Of a stretch of 64,000 nt of DNA, positions 9,517-18,760 are shown in pieces. The stretch covers positions 2,040,443-2,104,442 of the forward strand of contig CP070630.1 of the NCBI GenBank assembly GCA_020356025.1, read 5' to 3'. This DNA is from Dehalococcoidia bacterium (GTDB taxonomy: Bacteria; Chloroflexota; Dehalococcoidia; SM23-28-2). Every line of letters starts with the position of its first letter. The stretch's first letter is position 1. The notes beneath the pieces are model-generated. The model did no database searches, was not told the DNA's origin, and saw nothing but the letters and a program-made list of their open reading frames with translations. The position numbers and the translations under genes are program-made.

Positions 9517-11103
9517 CTACGACGGAGGCGCCAGCCGCCGCTCCAGCTCTCGCCGGGCTTCTTCCACGCACTCGGCCCACGGCTCGTCGCAGTCCGCTAC
9601 CATGTGCTCGTCGGGTGGCAGTTCCGTCACCGCCTGGAAGACCTGTTTCTGAGCCTCGTAGATCTCCCAGCGGGCGTCGGAGGCATCCTGCCCGGCCCGC
9701 AAGCGCTCCCCCAGCCGTTGGCGAATGACCTTCTCCTCGGCCCGGCACTCCAGGCACAAGAAGCGAGCGCCCATCGCCTGGGCGAGATCTCTCGCCTTCT
9801 GGCGATAGTCCCGCTGGGCAAACGTGGCGTCGACAATCACCGACCGCCCTTCGGCCAGAAACGCGCGCGCTCGCTCCAGCAGCGCTTTGTAGGCGCGCTG
9901 GGTGAAGCGCGAGGAGTAGATGCCCCTGCCGAAGGGTTCGAAGCGACGCTCCCGCGGCGCAAGCCCGGCCAGTTCCTTGCGCACCACGTCGGAAGAGATG
10001 ACAGGCATGTCCGTGGCCTCGCCCAGGGCCTGGGCCAGCATCGTCTTGCCGCTGGCCACCAGCCCGCAGGTGATGAGAAGGAGAGGCGGCGGCTGCTCGG
10101 CCGCGTACTGGCAGGCCAACCGGAAGTAGCGGCGAGCCGCCCAGCGGGCCTGCTCCTTCTCCTCTGCGCTGACCTCCGCCTGGCCCAGCCTGAAGCTCTC
10201 CACCTTGCCCCGCACGCAGGCCCGATAGCATTTGTAGAAGCCGATGAGGTCCACGATCTCGGGATCGCCCGCTGCCTGGGCGTAGCGTTGTACCAGGACG
10301 TCCGCCAGCTCGGGCCGACTGCGAAAGTCCAGGTCCATGCCCAGAAAGCCGATATCCCCCGCCACGTCCGTGTAGCGGAATCGGCGGTTGAACTCGATGC
10401 AATCGAAGATGCATATGCCATCGACGAAGCAGACGCTTTCAGAGCGGACATCGCCGTGGCAGTCGCGGATGCGCTCCTGCTCAATGCGCCGCTCCAGCAG
10501 GGGCCGCTGGCGGACGAAGAAGGAGCGGACGTATGCCTGGAGGTAGCGGTCCTGCTCTGCCGTTATCGTATCGCCGATGAAGGGCGCCCACTGCTCGAAG
10601 TTCTCCTCCCAAGCCACGCGGATGGCCCGCGCTCCGTAGCGGGCAATCGCCGGACTGGTAGCCGCTCGGGCGTGGAAGTCGGCCAGCCGCTCGGCCACGG
10701 CCTCGACCATGCTCGGCGATACTTTGCCCGCTGCCAGCAGGCTGTCTATCATGCGGTCGCCCGGCAGGCGGCGCATCTTGACGGCATACTCCACCGCCTT
10801 GCCTCGCCCCTCCAGACGAAAACGTCCGTCCTGCCAAGCCACTCGCACGACCCCCTGGTAGGCTCCAGGGCACAGACGGCGGTTGAGGATGACCTCCTGG
10901 CGGCAGTAGTAGCGCCGCTTGGCCAACGAGGTGAAGTTCAGGAAACCGAAGTCCACCGGCTTCTTGATCTTGTAGACGAAATCGCCCGCCAGCAGTACGT
11001 AGGAAATGTGGGTCTGCACCAGCTCAACCTTCCCCACCGCATAGGGATAGGCGGCCGGCTCCAGCAGCCCTCGAATCAGCTCCGGCAGCTCTCCTGTAGA
11101 CAC
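9517..11103 (-). CDS. Aminoglycoside-phosphotransferase-like domain fused to an AAA_33/gluconokinase-like P-loop domain
   Basis: ETHIS-like QTHISYV, YKIKKPVDFGFL, HGDVR, IFDCIEFN, GLVASGKT; start reassigned to GTG 11103 with GGAGG RBS. Confidence 0.85.
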   Translation of the reverse strand: MSTGELPELIRGLLEPAAYPYAVGKVELVQTHISYVLLAGDFVYKIKKPVDFGFLNFTSLAKRRYYCRQEVILNRRLCPGAYQGVVRVAWQDGRFRLEGRGKAVEYAVKMRRLPGDRMIDSLLAAGKVSPSMVEAVAERLADFHARAATSPAIARYGARAIRVAWEENFEQWAPFIGDTITAEQDRYLQAYVRSFFVRQRPLLERRIEQERIRDCHGDVRSESVCFVDGICIFDCIEFNRRFRYTDVAGDIGFLGMDLDFRSRPELADVLVQRYAQAAGDPEIVDLIGFYKCYRACVRGKVESFRLGQAEVSAEEKEQARWAARRYFRLACQYAAEQPPPLLLITCGLVASGKTMLAQALGEATDMPVISSDVVRKELAGLAPRERRFEPFGRGIYSSRFTQRAYKALLERARAFLAEGRSVIVDATFAQRDYRQKARDLAQAMGARFLCLECRAEEKVIRQRLGERLRAGQDASDARWEIYEAQKQVFQAVTELPPDEHMVADCDEPWAECVEEARRELERRLAPPS

Positions 11104-11172
11104 TGCTTCTCTCTGCCCTCCGAAGTATAGCACCCATCTGGGCAGGCGGCGTATACTGCTCCTGAGGGCGCC

Positions 11173-11601
11173 ATGAGGCAAGAGAACGTCGTCACCTGCT
11201 TCCTCCTTCGTCGTAGCGGCGACGACGACGAGATCCTCCTGCTGCGGCGCAGCCAGCAGGTGGGCACCTACCGAGGCCGCTGGGCGGGCGTCAGCGGCTA
11301 CATAGAGGAGGCTGACCCCCTGCTGCAGGCTTACACCGAGGTGGAAGAGGAAACCGGCCTGGCCAGGGAGGACGTGCAGCTCTTGCGCACGGGCGAGCCC
11401 CTGGAGGTGGTGGACGCTGAAGCCGACCGGACGTGGATAGTGCACCCCTTCCTGTTCGAGGTCAGAGAGCCCGCCAGGATACGGTCGGACTGGGAGCACA
11501 TCGAAAGCCGCTGGATCCGGCCGGAGGAGATCTTCCAGTACGAGACCGTCCCTCAGTTGGCCGAGACGCTCATGCGGGTCTACTCGCTGCGACAGCCATG
11601 A
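11173..11601 (+). CDS. NUDIX hydrolase
   Basis: Nudix box GYIEEADPLLQAYTEVEEETGL. Confidence 0.85.
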   Translation: MRQENVVTCFLLRRSGDDDEILLLRRSQQVGTYRGRWAGVSGYIEEADPLLQAYTEVEEETGLAREDVQLLRTGEPLEVVDAEADRTWIVHPFLFEVREPARIRSDWEHIESRWIRPEEIFQYETVPQLAETLMRVYSLRQP

Positions 11602-12500
11602 CTACCATCAGCCCTCGCATATTCCAGGCCATCGAGACCATCGGTCAGGATCGCACTCACGGCGCCGGCTGGCTGGCCCGCGACGCCGCCAATGTCCTCA
11701 CTCATTCGCTCGAGGATTGCCCGGCCCAGACCCCCGCAGAGTTGCTCTCCTACCTCAGAGAGGTGGCCACTGCTCTGGCCCAGGCCCAACCGAGCATGGC
11801 CGCCGTGACCAACGCTGTCGGCGCCGTCGTCCTGGCCGCCAGCAAGAAAGCGCCGAGCGGCCTGTCCGCGATGCGCCGGGCGGCATCGGCCCAAGGCCGC
11901 CAGATATTCGATAGCTGGGGCAAGGCCTCCCGCCGAATCGTCCGTCAAGCCGAGAGAACCCTGCCCTCAGGCACGATCATGACCCACAGCTACTCCGCGA
12001 CCACCTTCGCCACATTAGAGCGCCTGGCATCCAGGGGGTCGCCGATCATCGTCACCGAATCGGCTCCGCTGAACGAGGGGAGAACTGTCGCCCGACTTCT
12101 AGCTCGCCTGGACGTACCGGTGACCCTGATCGCCGATGCCCAGGCGGCAGCGTTCATGCCAGAGGCCGAGGCCGTCCTGGTCGGCGCCGATACCTTCTTC
12201 GCTAACGGCGCTGTGGTCAACAAGGTTGGTACCTGCGCCCTCGCCCTTCTCGCCCGAAACGCTCACATTCCTTTCTATGTGGCGACGGAGACCCTTAAGG
12301 TTGCGCCGGGCCGACCGGAGACCGCTCAACGAGCGTCGGAGGAAAAGCAGACGGGGCTGGCCATCCCCGCCGTCTACTTCGACCTGACGCCGCCCCGTCT
12401 GGTGACGGCCCTCATCACCGAGGAGGGCGTGTTCGCTCCCAGGGAGATACGACCGCTGGCCACGCGAGCGCGTCAGTACCGAAAAGCCCTCTTCCCCTAG
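11598..12500 (+). CDS. eIF-2B alpha/beta/delta-like protein (MtnA / ribose-1,5-bisphosphate isomerase superfamily)
   Basis: THSYS, ESAPLNEG, LVGADT, VVNKVGT, YFDLTP; ATGA overlap with the NUDIX stop. Confidence 0.82.
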   Translation: MTTISPRIFQAIETIGQDRTHGAGWLARDAANVLTHSLEDCPAQTPAELLSYLREVATALAQAQPSMAAVTNAVGAVVLAASKKAPSGLSAMRRAASAQGRQIFDSWGKASRRIVRQAERTLPSGTIMTHSYSATTFATLERLASRGSPIIVTESAPLNEGRTVARLLARLDVPVTLIADAQAAAFMPEAEAVLVGADTFFANGAVVNKVGTCALALLARNAHIPFYVATETLKVAPGRPETAQRASEEKQTGLAIPAVYFDLTPPRLVTALITEEGVFAPREIRPLATRARQYRKALFP

Positions 12501-12518
12501 CAGTGGCCTTGACTTCCC

Positions 12519-12527
12519 TGGTATACT
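12519..12527 (+). promoter_or_regulatory. Extended -10 promoter (TGgTATACT), predicted leaderless start at 12534
   Basis: TATACT at 12522-12527 with GTG 7 nt after its last base; no RBS. Confidence 0.45.
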
Positions 12528-12533
12528 GCCGCC

Positions 12534-13910
12534 GTGTATGCTGTCAGTCGTCTCCGGCTTGCCTTGATCTGCCTCGTTGTGGCTGGCTTGGCCGCGGCTT
12601 TGGCCACCGCCTGCGAGGGAGAGGAAGAGGAGGCGGCGACCGCGACGCCCACGGCCACGCCAACCCGCGTGGCTACTCCGACCGTCACGGCCACACCAAC
12701 CCCAACTACTGAGCCCACACCTACCGCAACCCTTGTGCCCAGCCCGACAGTTGTTGCCACGCCTACAGTCGTTGCTGCGCCGAGCCAGCCCGGCGACTTC
12801 GCCGACTATCCCGCCGCCATCGCTGGCCACCTCACCGTCGCGGGTGGTTCTTCCTCCTGCCTGGCCGAACTCTTTGCCGCCTGGGACATGCCCACAGCCG
12901 TGCCTGGGTGGGCTGAGGAGTCTGGCTCTGTCGATTGCGCCGCCGGTGACCTGGATGGCGATGGTGAAGACGAGTATCTTCTCCGGATCACCAACCCCGT
13001 CGTGACCGATGTCTGGCCCGATGCCGACGTGCTCATCTTCGACCGCGGTGCCGCTGGCTACGAGGTGGCCTTCCAGTCCAGCGAAACGTTGGGGACCGTT
13101 CCGCCCTGGCAGCCCGTCATCCTGGGAGTCCGTGACTTCAACGGCGACGGCAAGCTGGAAGCCAGCTTCACCGCCGACTCCTGCGGCGCCCACACCTGCT
13201 GGACGTCTGTCTACATCCTGGCTTGGGATGGGCAGCAATACGTGGACATCATCGATGGAGAGGTTGGAGTGCCCTGGGCGCAGGGCATCCGCTTCGTGGA
13301 CGTGGAAGGCGACGGCATCGAAGAGCTCTACGTCGCGGCGGGACAGATCGGCTCCATTGGAGCAGGGCCGCAGAGAGACAGCAAGCTGACCTACGCTTGG
13401 GATGGCATCTACTATGTCCTGGTCGAGACCGAAATCGAACCTTCCGAGTCCCTCTACTTCGCCGTCGTGGACGGCGACGAAGCCTATGCCGCCGGCGACC
13501 TTGAGACGGCTATGCAACTCTACAACAAGGCCATCAACGACGACGCCCTCTGGGACTGGAAGGAGGACTTCAGCGGCGTGAGCGGCCGCGACGAGCTGAT
13601 CCCCTACGCTCAGTTCCGCCTCCGCCTGGCCCAGTTAGTCAGCCTGCCGCCCGACGGCGAGGCTGCGGTGCAGGATCTGGTCGACTCCATCGCCGCACTG
13701 GCTGGCCAGTTCCCAGGCAGCCTCAACGCCCAGGCTGCCGCCCAGTTCGCGGCGGTCTATCCCGACGGCCAGGTCTCGCCCCAGGCTCTGGCGACGGGCT
13801 GCGCTGCCTTCCTAGCCTATGTGGAGAGCAATCGCCTGGACTTCGACGACATCTGGTACTACGGCTACGCCAACCCGGAGCTCGTCCCTGAACGCCTCTG
13901 CCCTCACTGA
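12534..13910 (+). CDS. Lipoprotein with Thr/Pro linker and FG-GAP/VCBS-like Ca-binding repeats
   Basis: Lipobox ATAC; TP-rich linker; GDLDGDGEDE, DFNGDGKLE, DVEGDGIEE. Confidence 0.7.
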   Translation: MYAVSRLRLALICLVVAGLAAALATACEGEEEEAATATPTATPTRVATPTVTATPTPTTEPTPTATLVPSPTVVATPTVVAAPSQPGDFADYPAAIAGHLTVAGGSSSCLAELFAAWDMPTAVPGWAEESGSVDCAAGDLDGDGEDEYLLRITNPVVTDVWPDADVLIFDRGAAGYEVAFQSSETLGTVPPWQPVILGVRDFNGDGKLEASFTADSCGAHTCWTSVYILAWDGQQYVDIIDGEVGVPWAQGIRFVDVEGDGIEELYVAAGQIGSIGAGPQRDSKLTYAWDGIYYVLVETEIEPSESLYFAVVDGDEAYAAGDLETAMQLYNKAINDDALWDWKEDFSGVSGRDELIPYAQFRLRLAQLVSLPPDGEAAVQDLVDSIAALAGQFPGSLNAQAAAQFAAVYPDGQVSPQALATGCAAFLAYVESNRLDFDDIWYYGYANPELVPERLCPH

Positions 13911-14030
13911 GCCCTGCGAAGCACGTTGGGCCTCGCTTTCCCGCCTCGGAATCGATTACAATAAGCCTTCGGCGGGCTCTTGTCATGGGCCTTTCGCCCG
14001 CATCCGCAACTCAGATACAGGACGAATAGC

Positions 14031-14846
14031 GTGCCGAAGGTCAAGGTCAACGATGTCCAGCTATACCATGAGGTTCACGGCCAAGGGGAGCCCTTGGTGC
14101 TGATCATGGGCCTAGGAGGCAACACCAGCGGCTGGGACATGCAGATCCCCACCTTGAGCCGCGAGTTCCAGGTCATCGCCTTCGACAACCGCGGCTCCGG
14201 CCGCAGCGACAAGCCGGCCACGCCCTACAGCATACGCCTGTTCGCCGACGACACCGCCGGCCTCATGGATGCCCTGGGCATCGCCTCCGCCCACGTCTAC
14301 GGCCAGTCGATGGGTGGACTCATCGCCCAGGAGCTGGCTTTGAGCTACCCCCAGCGGGTGCGGACGCTGGTTCTGGGCTCCACCAGTTGCGGCGGCCAGC
14401 AGGCCATCCCTGCTCTTCCCGAACACATCACCCTCATGGCTTTTCTCAACACCCTCAGCGTCGAAGAAGCGGCAGAGAAAGGCCTGCCACTCATGTACAG
14501 CGAAGAGTTCATCGTGCGCAAGCGGCAGAAGCTCATCGCCCGGGCATTGGCCGAAGCCGAGCTTCGCCCGCCGCTCGATGCCTTCGCGCGGCAGGTGCAG
14601 GCCGCCGTGCGCCACGAGGCTTACGATAGGCTACCCCAGATCCGCTGTCCCACCCTCGTCATCAGCGGCAGCGAGGACAAGATCGTGCCGGCCGAGAACT
14701 CGCGCATCCTGGCTGAACGAATCCCGGACGCCGAGCTCGTGGTCCTGCCGAAGGCCGGTCACGGCTACCTGGTGGAGTGCGCCGAGGAGTCCAACGCCAT
14801 CGTCCTCGACTTCCTGCGCCGCCACCGGAGTGAACCAATCAACTAG
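14031..14846 (+). CDS. Alpha/beta hydrolase
   Basis: LIMGLGG, FDNRGSG, GQSMGG nucleophile elbow, catalytic D and AGH; GTG start. Confidence 0.88.
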   Translation: MPKVKVNDVQLYHEVHGQGEPLVLIMGLGGNTSGWDMQIPTLSREFQVIAFDNRGSGRSDKPATPYSIRLFADDTAGLMDALGIASAHVYGQSMGGLIAQELALSYPQRVRTLVLGSTSCGGQQAIPALPEHITLMAFLNTLSVEEAAEKGLPLMYSEEFIVRKRQKLIARALAEAELRPPLDAFARQVQAAVRHEAYDRLPQIRCPTLVISGSEDKIVPAENSRILAERIPDAELVVLPKAGHGYLVECAEESNAIVLDFLRRHRSEPIN

Positions 14847-14849
14847 AGC

Positions 14850-15596
14850 ATGACATCGACAGGCAATGGGCCAGTGCGGATAGCCCACGGCTTTGGCAAC
14901 GGCCGTCGACGGCTGCTTCGCGCCCTCATAGGGCCGGTGGATCTTATCGAGACCGACGTCCGGTTCCAGGACGGCAAGATGGTTGCTCGCCACGAGCGAA
15001 AACTGGGCCCGCTGCCCCTCCTCTTCGATGAGAAGGCCAGCTTGCACATCAAGAGCGAGCACAGGTGTCGGCTCCGCCTGTGGAGATGGTACATAGCGCT
15101 GGAGGGCAACCTCCTAGCTCTGCAAGAGGTTCTGGCACAGGCCAAGGACAAGCGAGGCCTGCTTCTCGACTTGAAGGGCGAATACGGAGATCGAGAAGAG
15201 GCCTTGGCCCAGACTCTGGCAGAAATGCTCGAGCGCATGGGCATGGGGGAGCAGGTGACTATCTGTGGCCAGAATTGGTCTCTCCTGGGGCACCTGCGCG
15301 CAGCCGCTCCTCATCTCAGAGTCCACTACTCCATTGACCGCACCGACCAACTCGAGGCCTTCCTGGCGATGCTCGAGCACGACCCCATACGCGGCATCTG
15401 CTTGAACCAGGCACTGATAGAAGAGTCGCTGATCGAACACTTGAAGGCTCTGGGGATAACCATCTACACCTGGACGGTGGACGACCTCTGGCGCGCCCAC
15501 GAACTGCTGGAGCTCGGCATAGACGGTATCATCAGCAATAGCCTGGAGACGTTGGGGCTTCTGGGCGCGAGCCCCCACCGGCAGCGCCAGACTTAG
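14850..15596 (+). CDS. Glycerophosphodiester phosphodiesterase (GDPD)-like protein
   Basis: IETDV, ARH, LLLDLK, YTWTVDD, GIDGIISN; the first motif reads AHGF instead of AHRG. Confidence 0.7.
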   Translation: MTSTGNGPVRIAHGFGNGRRRLLRALIGPVDLIETDVRFQDGKMVARHERKLGPLPLLFDEKASLHIKSEHRCRLRLWRWYIALEGNLLALQEVLAQAKDKRGLLLDLKGEYGDREEALAQTLAEMLERMGMGEQVTICGQNWSLLGHLRAAAPHLRVHYSIDRTDQLEAFLAMLEHDPIRGICLNQALIEESLIEHLKALGITIYTWTVDDLWRAHELLELGIDGIISNSLETLGLLGASPHRQRQT

Positions 15597-16684
15597 GTTC
15601 CGCGCGGTATGACGTGCACAGCGGTGGCCTTGAACGAGGCCACCACCTCGGCGCCCACGCCCAGACCCATCTCCTCCAGCGACTGCTTGGTAATGAGAGC
15701 CACCAGGGTGAAGCCGCAGTCCAGCACCACTCGCACCTGACCGCCGATCGTCGTTATGCGGCGGACGGTCCCCCGCAGGTGGTTGCGAGCACTGGTGGGA
15801 TGGCTGTCGAGCCCTGCGGGCTCCAGAATCACATCCTCCGGCCGCAGGCAGACCAGCACCTCACTCCCAGAGGCGAGGCTGGGCACCATGGCCTGAACGG
15901 CTGCACCGTCCACGTCGATCGTCGCCAGGCCGTCGGCTAGAGACTGCACCCGCCCGCCAACGATCGTCTCCACGCCCACAAAGGCCGCCACCTCCTCGTC
16001 CACCGGCGCAGCGAACACCTCCGCCGCCGTCCCCACCTGGCGTATGCTGCCGCCCATCATCACCGCTACCCGTTCGCCCAGTCGAAGAGCCTCCGCACGA
16101 TCGTGAGTTACGAAAACGGTCGTCACACCCGTGTCCCGCAGGGCTTGCGCCAGGTCATCGAGCAGTTCCTCACGTGTCGGCTGGTCGAGAGCGCTGAAGG
16201 GCTCATCCAGCAATAGCACCTCCGGATCGAGAGTGAAGGCGCGCGCCAGGTTCGTCCGCTGCGCCTCACCGCCCGAGAGGGTCGGGGCGGAGCGCTTGGC
16301 CAGATGGGCAATGCCGAACCGGTGCATCCAGTGCGCGGCCTTCTCTCGGCGCGCTGATCGGGAGACACCGCGCAGCCGCAGGCCCATGGCGATGTTGTCC
16401 GCCACCGAGCGACGCAAGAGCAACGGATCCTGAAACACCACTGCCATGCGGCGCCGCAGGGCCAGCTCGCGCCCTTCAACCGCTTGCCCTTCGAAGAGCG
16501 TCTGCCCTTGGGTAGGCCTTTGCAGCAAGGCGAGCGTCTCCAGGAGGATGCTCTTGCCCGCCCCGTTGGGGCCGACAATCACTAACACCTCCCCTGCCAG
16601 GACGTCCAGATGGGGCACTCTAACCAGCTCGGCCTTGCCGCGCCGTACTCGGATGTCCCGCAGGGAAAGCTTGGGCTGACTCAC
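15593..16684 (-). CDS. tupC: Tungstate/molybdate ABC ATP-binding protein with C-terminal TOBE domains
   Basis: GPNGAGKS, LSGGEAQR, LLLDEP, SARN...TOBE; GTG 16684 overlaps the tupB stop. Confidence 0.82.
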   Translation of the reverse strand: MSQPKLSLRDIRVRRGKAELVRVPHLDVLAGEVLVIVGPNGAGKSILLETLALLQRPTQGQTLFEGQAVEGRELALRRRMAVVFQDPLLLRRSVADNIAMGLRLRGVSRSARREKAAHWMHRFGIAHLAKRSAPTLSGGEAQRTNLARAFTLDPEVLLLDEPFSALDQPTREELLDDLAQALRDTGVTTVFVTHDRAEALRLGERVAVMMGGSIRQVGTAAEVFAAPVDEEVAAFVGVETIVGGRVQSLADGLATIDVDGAAVQAMVPSLASGSEVLVCLRPEDVILEPAGLDSHPTSARNHLRGTVRRITTIGGQVRVVLDCGFTLVALITKQSLEEMGLGVGAEVVASFKATAVHVIPRGT

Positions 16685-17379
16685 GACCGCTGTTCCTGCT
16701 GCTGGACGGTCGTCAGGATCAGGTTCACCAGGAAGATTAGGGCCAGAAGGATCAACGAGAGGGCGATGGCTGGAGCGAATTCGCCCTTGCTGACCTCCAA
16801 TACCACGGCCGTAGTCAGTACCCGCGTATCGCCGGCCAGGTTGCCGCCCACCATGATCGACGCCCCGATCTCGGAGATGGCCCCTCCGAAGCCCGCCATC
16901 ACCGCCGCAAGCAGTGGCAGCTTGGCCTCCCACAGCACCAGCCATAGCATCTGGAGTCGTGAGGCGCCCAAGCCATAGATCTGAGCTCGCAGCCGCGGAT
17001 GCAGGCTGCGCAGTGCCGCCGCCGTGAAGCCGGTGACGATGGGCGCGGCGATGATCGTCTGAGCGATGACCATCGCCGCCGGCGTATAGATGAGTCGCAG
17101 GTCACCCAGGGGCCCGCTTCGCCAGAGTGCGATCGCTACGATGAGGCCTACGACGACCGGCGGCAGGCCCATGCCCGTGTTCACTAGGCTGAAGGCTAGG
17201 TTGCGGCCGGGGAACTCATTGAAGGCCAGCGTCGCGCCCACCGCGATCCCGAACAGCAGGGCAAGCGCCGTGGCCGTACCGGACACCAAGATCGAGCGAA
17301 TCGTGATCTCCCAGACGGAGTAATCGCCGCTGGCGATAATGCGAAAGGCTTCTCGTATCCCATCCCATATCAGATCCAC
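16681..17379 (-). CDS. tupB: Tungstate ABC permease
   Basis: NTGMGLPPVVVGL, MAGFGGAISEIGASIMVGGN, TRVLTTA. Confidence 0.9.
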   Translation of the reverse strand: MDLIWDGIREAFRIIASGDYSVWEITIRSILVSGTATALALLFGIAVGATLAFNEFPGRNLAFSLVNTGMGLPPVVVGLIVAIALWRSGPLGDLRLIYTPAAMVIAQTIIAAPIVTGFTAAALRSLHPRLRAQIYGLGASRLQMLWLVLWEAKLPLLAAVMAGFGGAISEIGASIMVGGNLAGDTRVLTTAVVLEVSKGEFAPAIALSLILLALIFLVNLILTTVQQQEQRS

Positions 17380-17397
17380 AGCGTCACCTCCCGCCAG

Positions 17398-18243
17398 CTA
17401 GCTCGGGGCCAGCTCCGATTCGTCTTTGCCGGCATCGGGAATAAAGAGGGGCTGGCCGAACTCGTCAACACCGAAGCCCCTGATGATATCCTGGGCGCTA
17501 TCCGAGACTATGAAGTCCACAAAGGCGGCGCCGCCCGGGCCGTTCACCTTGTCGAACTCCTGCGGGTTCACCTGCATGACATGATACATGTTGAAGAAGA
17601 CCGGATCGCCTTCAACGAGCACGACCAGTTCGATGTTCTCGTTCAACGCTAGGTAGGTGCCTCGGTCGGAGAGGGTGTAGGAGTCTTTCTGGTTGGCGAT
17701 CTGGAGGGTCGCACCCATGCCCTGGCCGCTCTGCTTGTACCAGGACTGACCTTCCGGATCCAGGCCCGCGCTCTCCCAGATGGCCTTCTCCTTCTTGTGC
17801 GTGCCCGAGTCGTCGCCACGGCTGATGAAAACTGCCTCGCTCTCGTGGATGGTTGCGAAGGCATCAGCGGCCGAGGTCATGCCCTCGATGCCTGCCGGGT
17901 CGTCCTCAGGCCCAACGATGATGAAGTCGTTGTGCATCACCAACTGGCGGTTGATCGCCGCCCCGCTCTCGACGAGCTCCAGCTCGGAGCTGGGCGCGTG
18001 CACAAGCAGTACGTCGGCGTCGCCGCGTTCGCCCATCGCCAGGGCCTGGCCGGTGCCCACAGCGATGATCTTCACCTCGTAGTCGGTTTGGCCCTCGAAG
18101 TCGGGTACCAGGGCGTCCAGCAGGCCGCTGTCGTAGGTACTGGTCGTCGTGGCCAGGATGACTTCCTCTCCTCCTCCGCCGCATCCAACCGCCATCAGGA
18201 TGGCCAGAGCCCCTAGCAGGGCCATGCACATCGGGCGCCTCAT
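17398..18243 (-). CDS. tupA: Tungstate-binding lipoprotein
   Basis: LATTTSTYDSGLL, GTGQAL, FISRGDDSGTH, QGMG, YTLSDRGTY. Confidence 0.92.
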   Translation of the reverse strand: MRRPMCMALLGALAILMAVGCGGGGEEVILATTTSTYDSGLLDALVPDFEGQTDYEVKIIAVGTGQALAMGERGDADVLLVHAPSSELELVESGAAINRQLVMHNDFIIVGPEDDPAGIEGMTSAADAFATIHESEAVFISRGDDSGTHKKEKAIWESAGLDPEGQSWYKQSGQGMGATLQIANQKDSYTLSDRGTYLALNENIELVVLVEGDPVFFNMYHVMQVNPQEFDKVNGPGGAAFVDFIVSDSAQDIIRGFGVDEFGQPLFIPDAGKDESELAPS

Positions 18244-18266
18244 GTCTCTGAGCTCCTTTGGGGCGA

Positions 18267-18290
18267 CGCTATGCTCAGCTCAGCATAACG
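18267..18290. promoter_or_regulatory. ModE-like operator
   Basis: CGCTATGCT-N6-AGCATAACG palindrome (one mismatch) between modE and tupA; resembles the CGnTATATA-N6-TATATAnCG consensus. Confidence 0.65.
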
Positions 18291-18303
18291 ACATCACAAA
18301 AAA

Positions 18304-18642
18304 CTAGCCGTCTCTAACGAACGCTTCGGCGAAATCTCGTCCCACGTGCGATTGCGCCGCCGCCCGGAAGGATCGATAGCGTGCCAGCAGCTCCTCGCCC
18401 TCCGTGGTGAGCGTGGTCCGCCCGCCGCCGAGCCCCCCCACTTCGCTCCTCACTATTCGCACCCCCAGGTTGTGCTCGATCTCCTTGATCTTGCCCCAGG
18501 CCCGCCGGTAGGAAAGCCCCATCCGCTCTGCACCTCCGCTGATCGAGCCCGTCTTGGCAATATGGTCGAGAAGTTCCGCCCGATAGTCACTGAAGACTAG
18601 CAGGCCATCTTTCTCCACCCACAGCTTGACTCTGGGTTGCAC
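18304..18642 (-). CDS. modE: ModE-family winged-helix regulator (N-terminal DNA-binding domain only)
   Basis: KLWVE, GSISGGAERMGLSYRRAW, GGGRTTLT. Confidence 0.85.
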   Translation of the reverse strand: MQPRVKLWVEKDGLLVFSDYRAELLDHIAKTGSISGGAERMGLSYRRAWGKIKEIEHNLGVRIVRSEVGGLGGGRTTLTTEGEELLARYRSFRAAAQSHVGRDFAEAFVRDG

Positions 18643-18760
18643 GCCAAAGCCTCCGTTGAGGAACTACGTACGTCGCCGAGCGGAGGTGTAGACATCATCC
18701 GATACGCACAGCTTGACGTCAAGAATCAGCACTCGCCGTGTGGGTAACCAGGCCAGGCGT

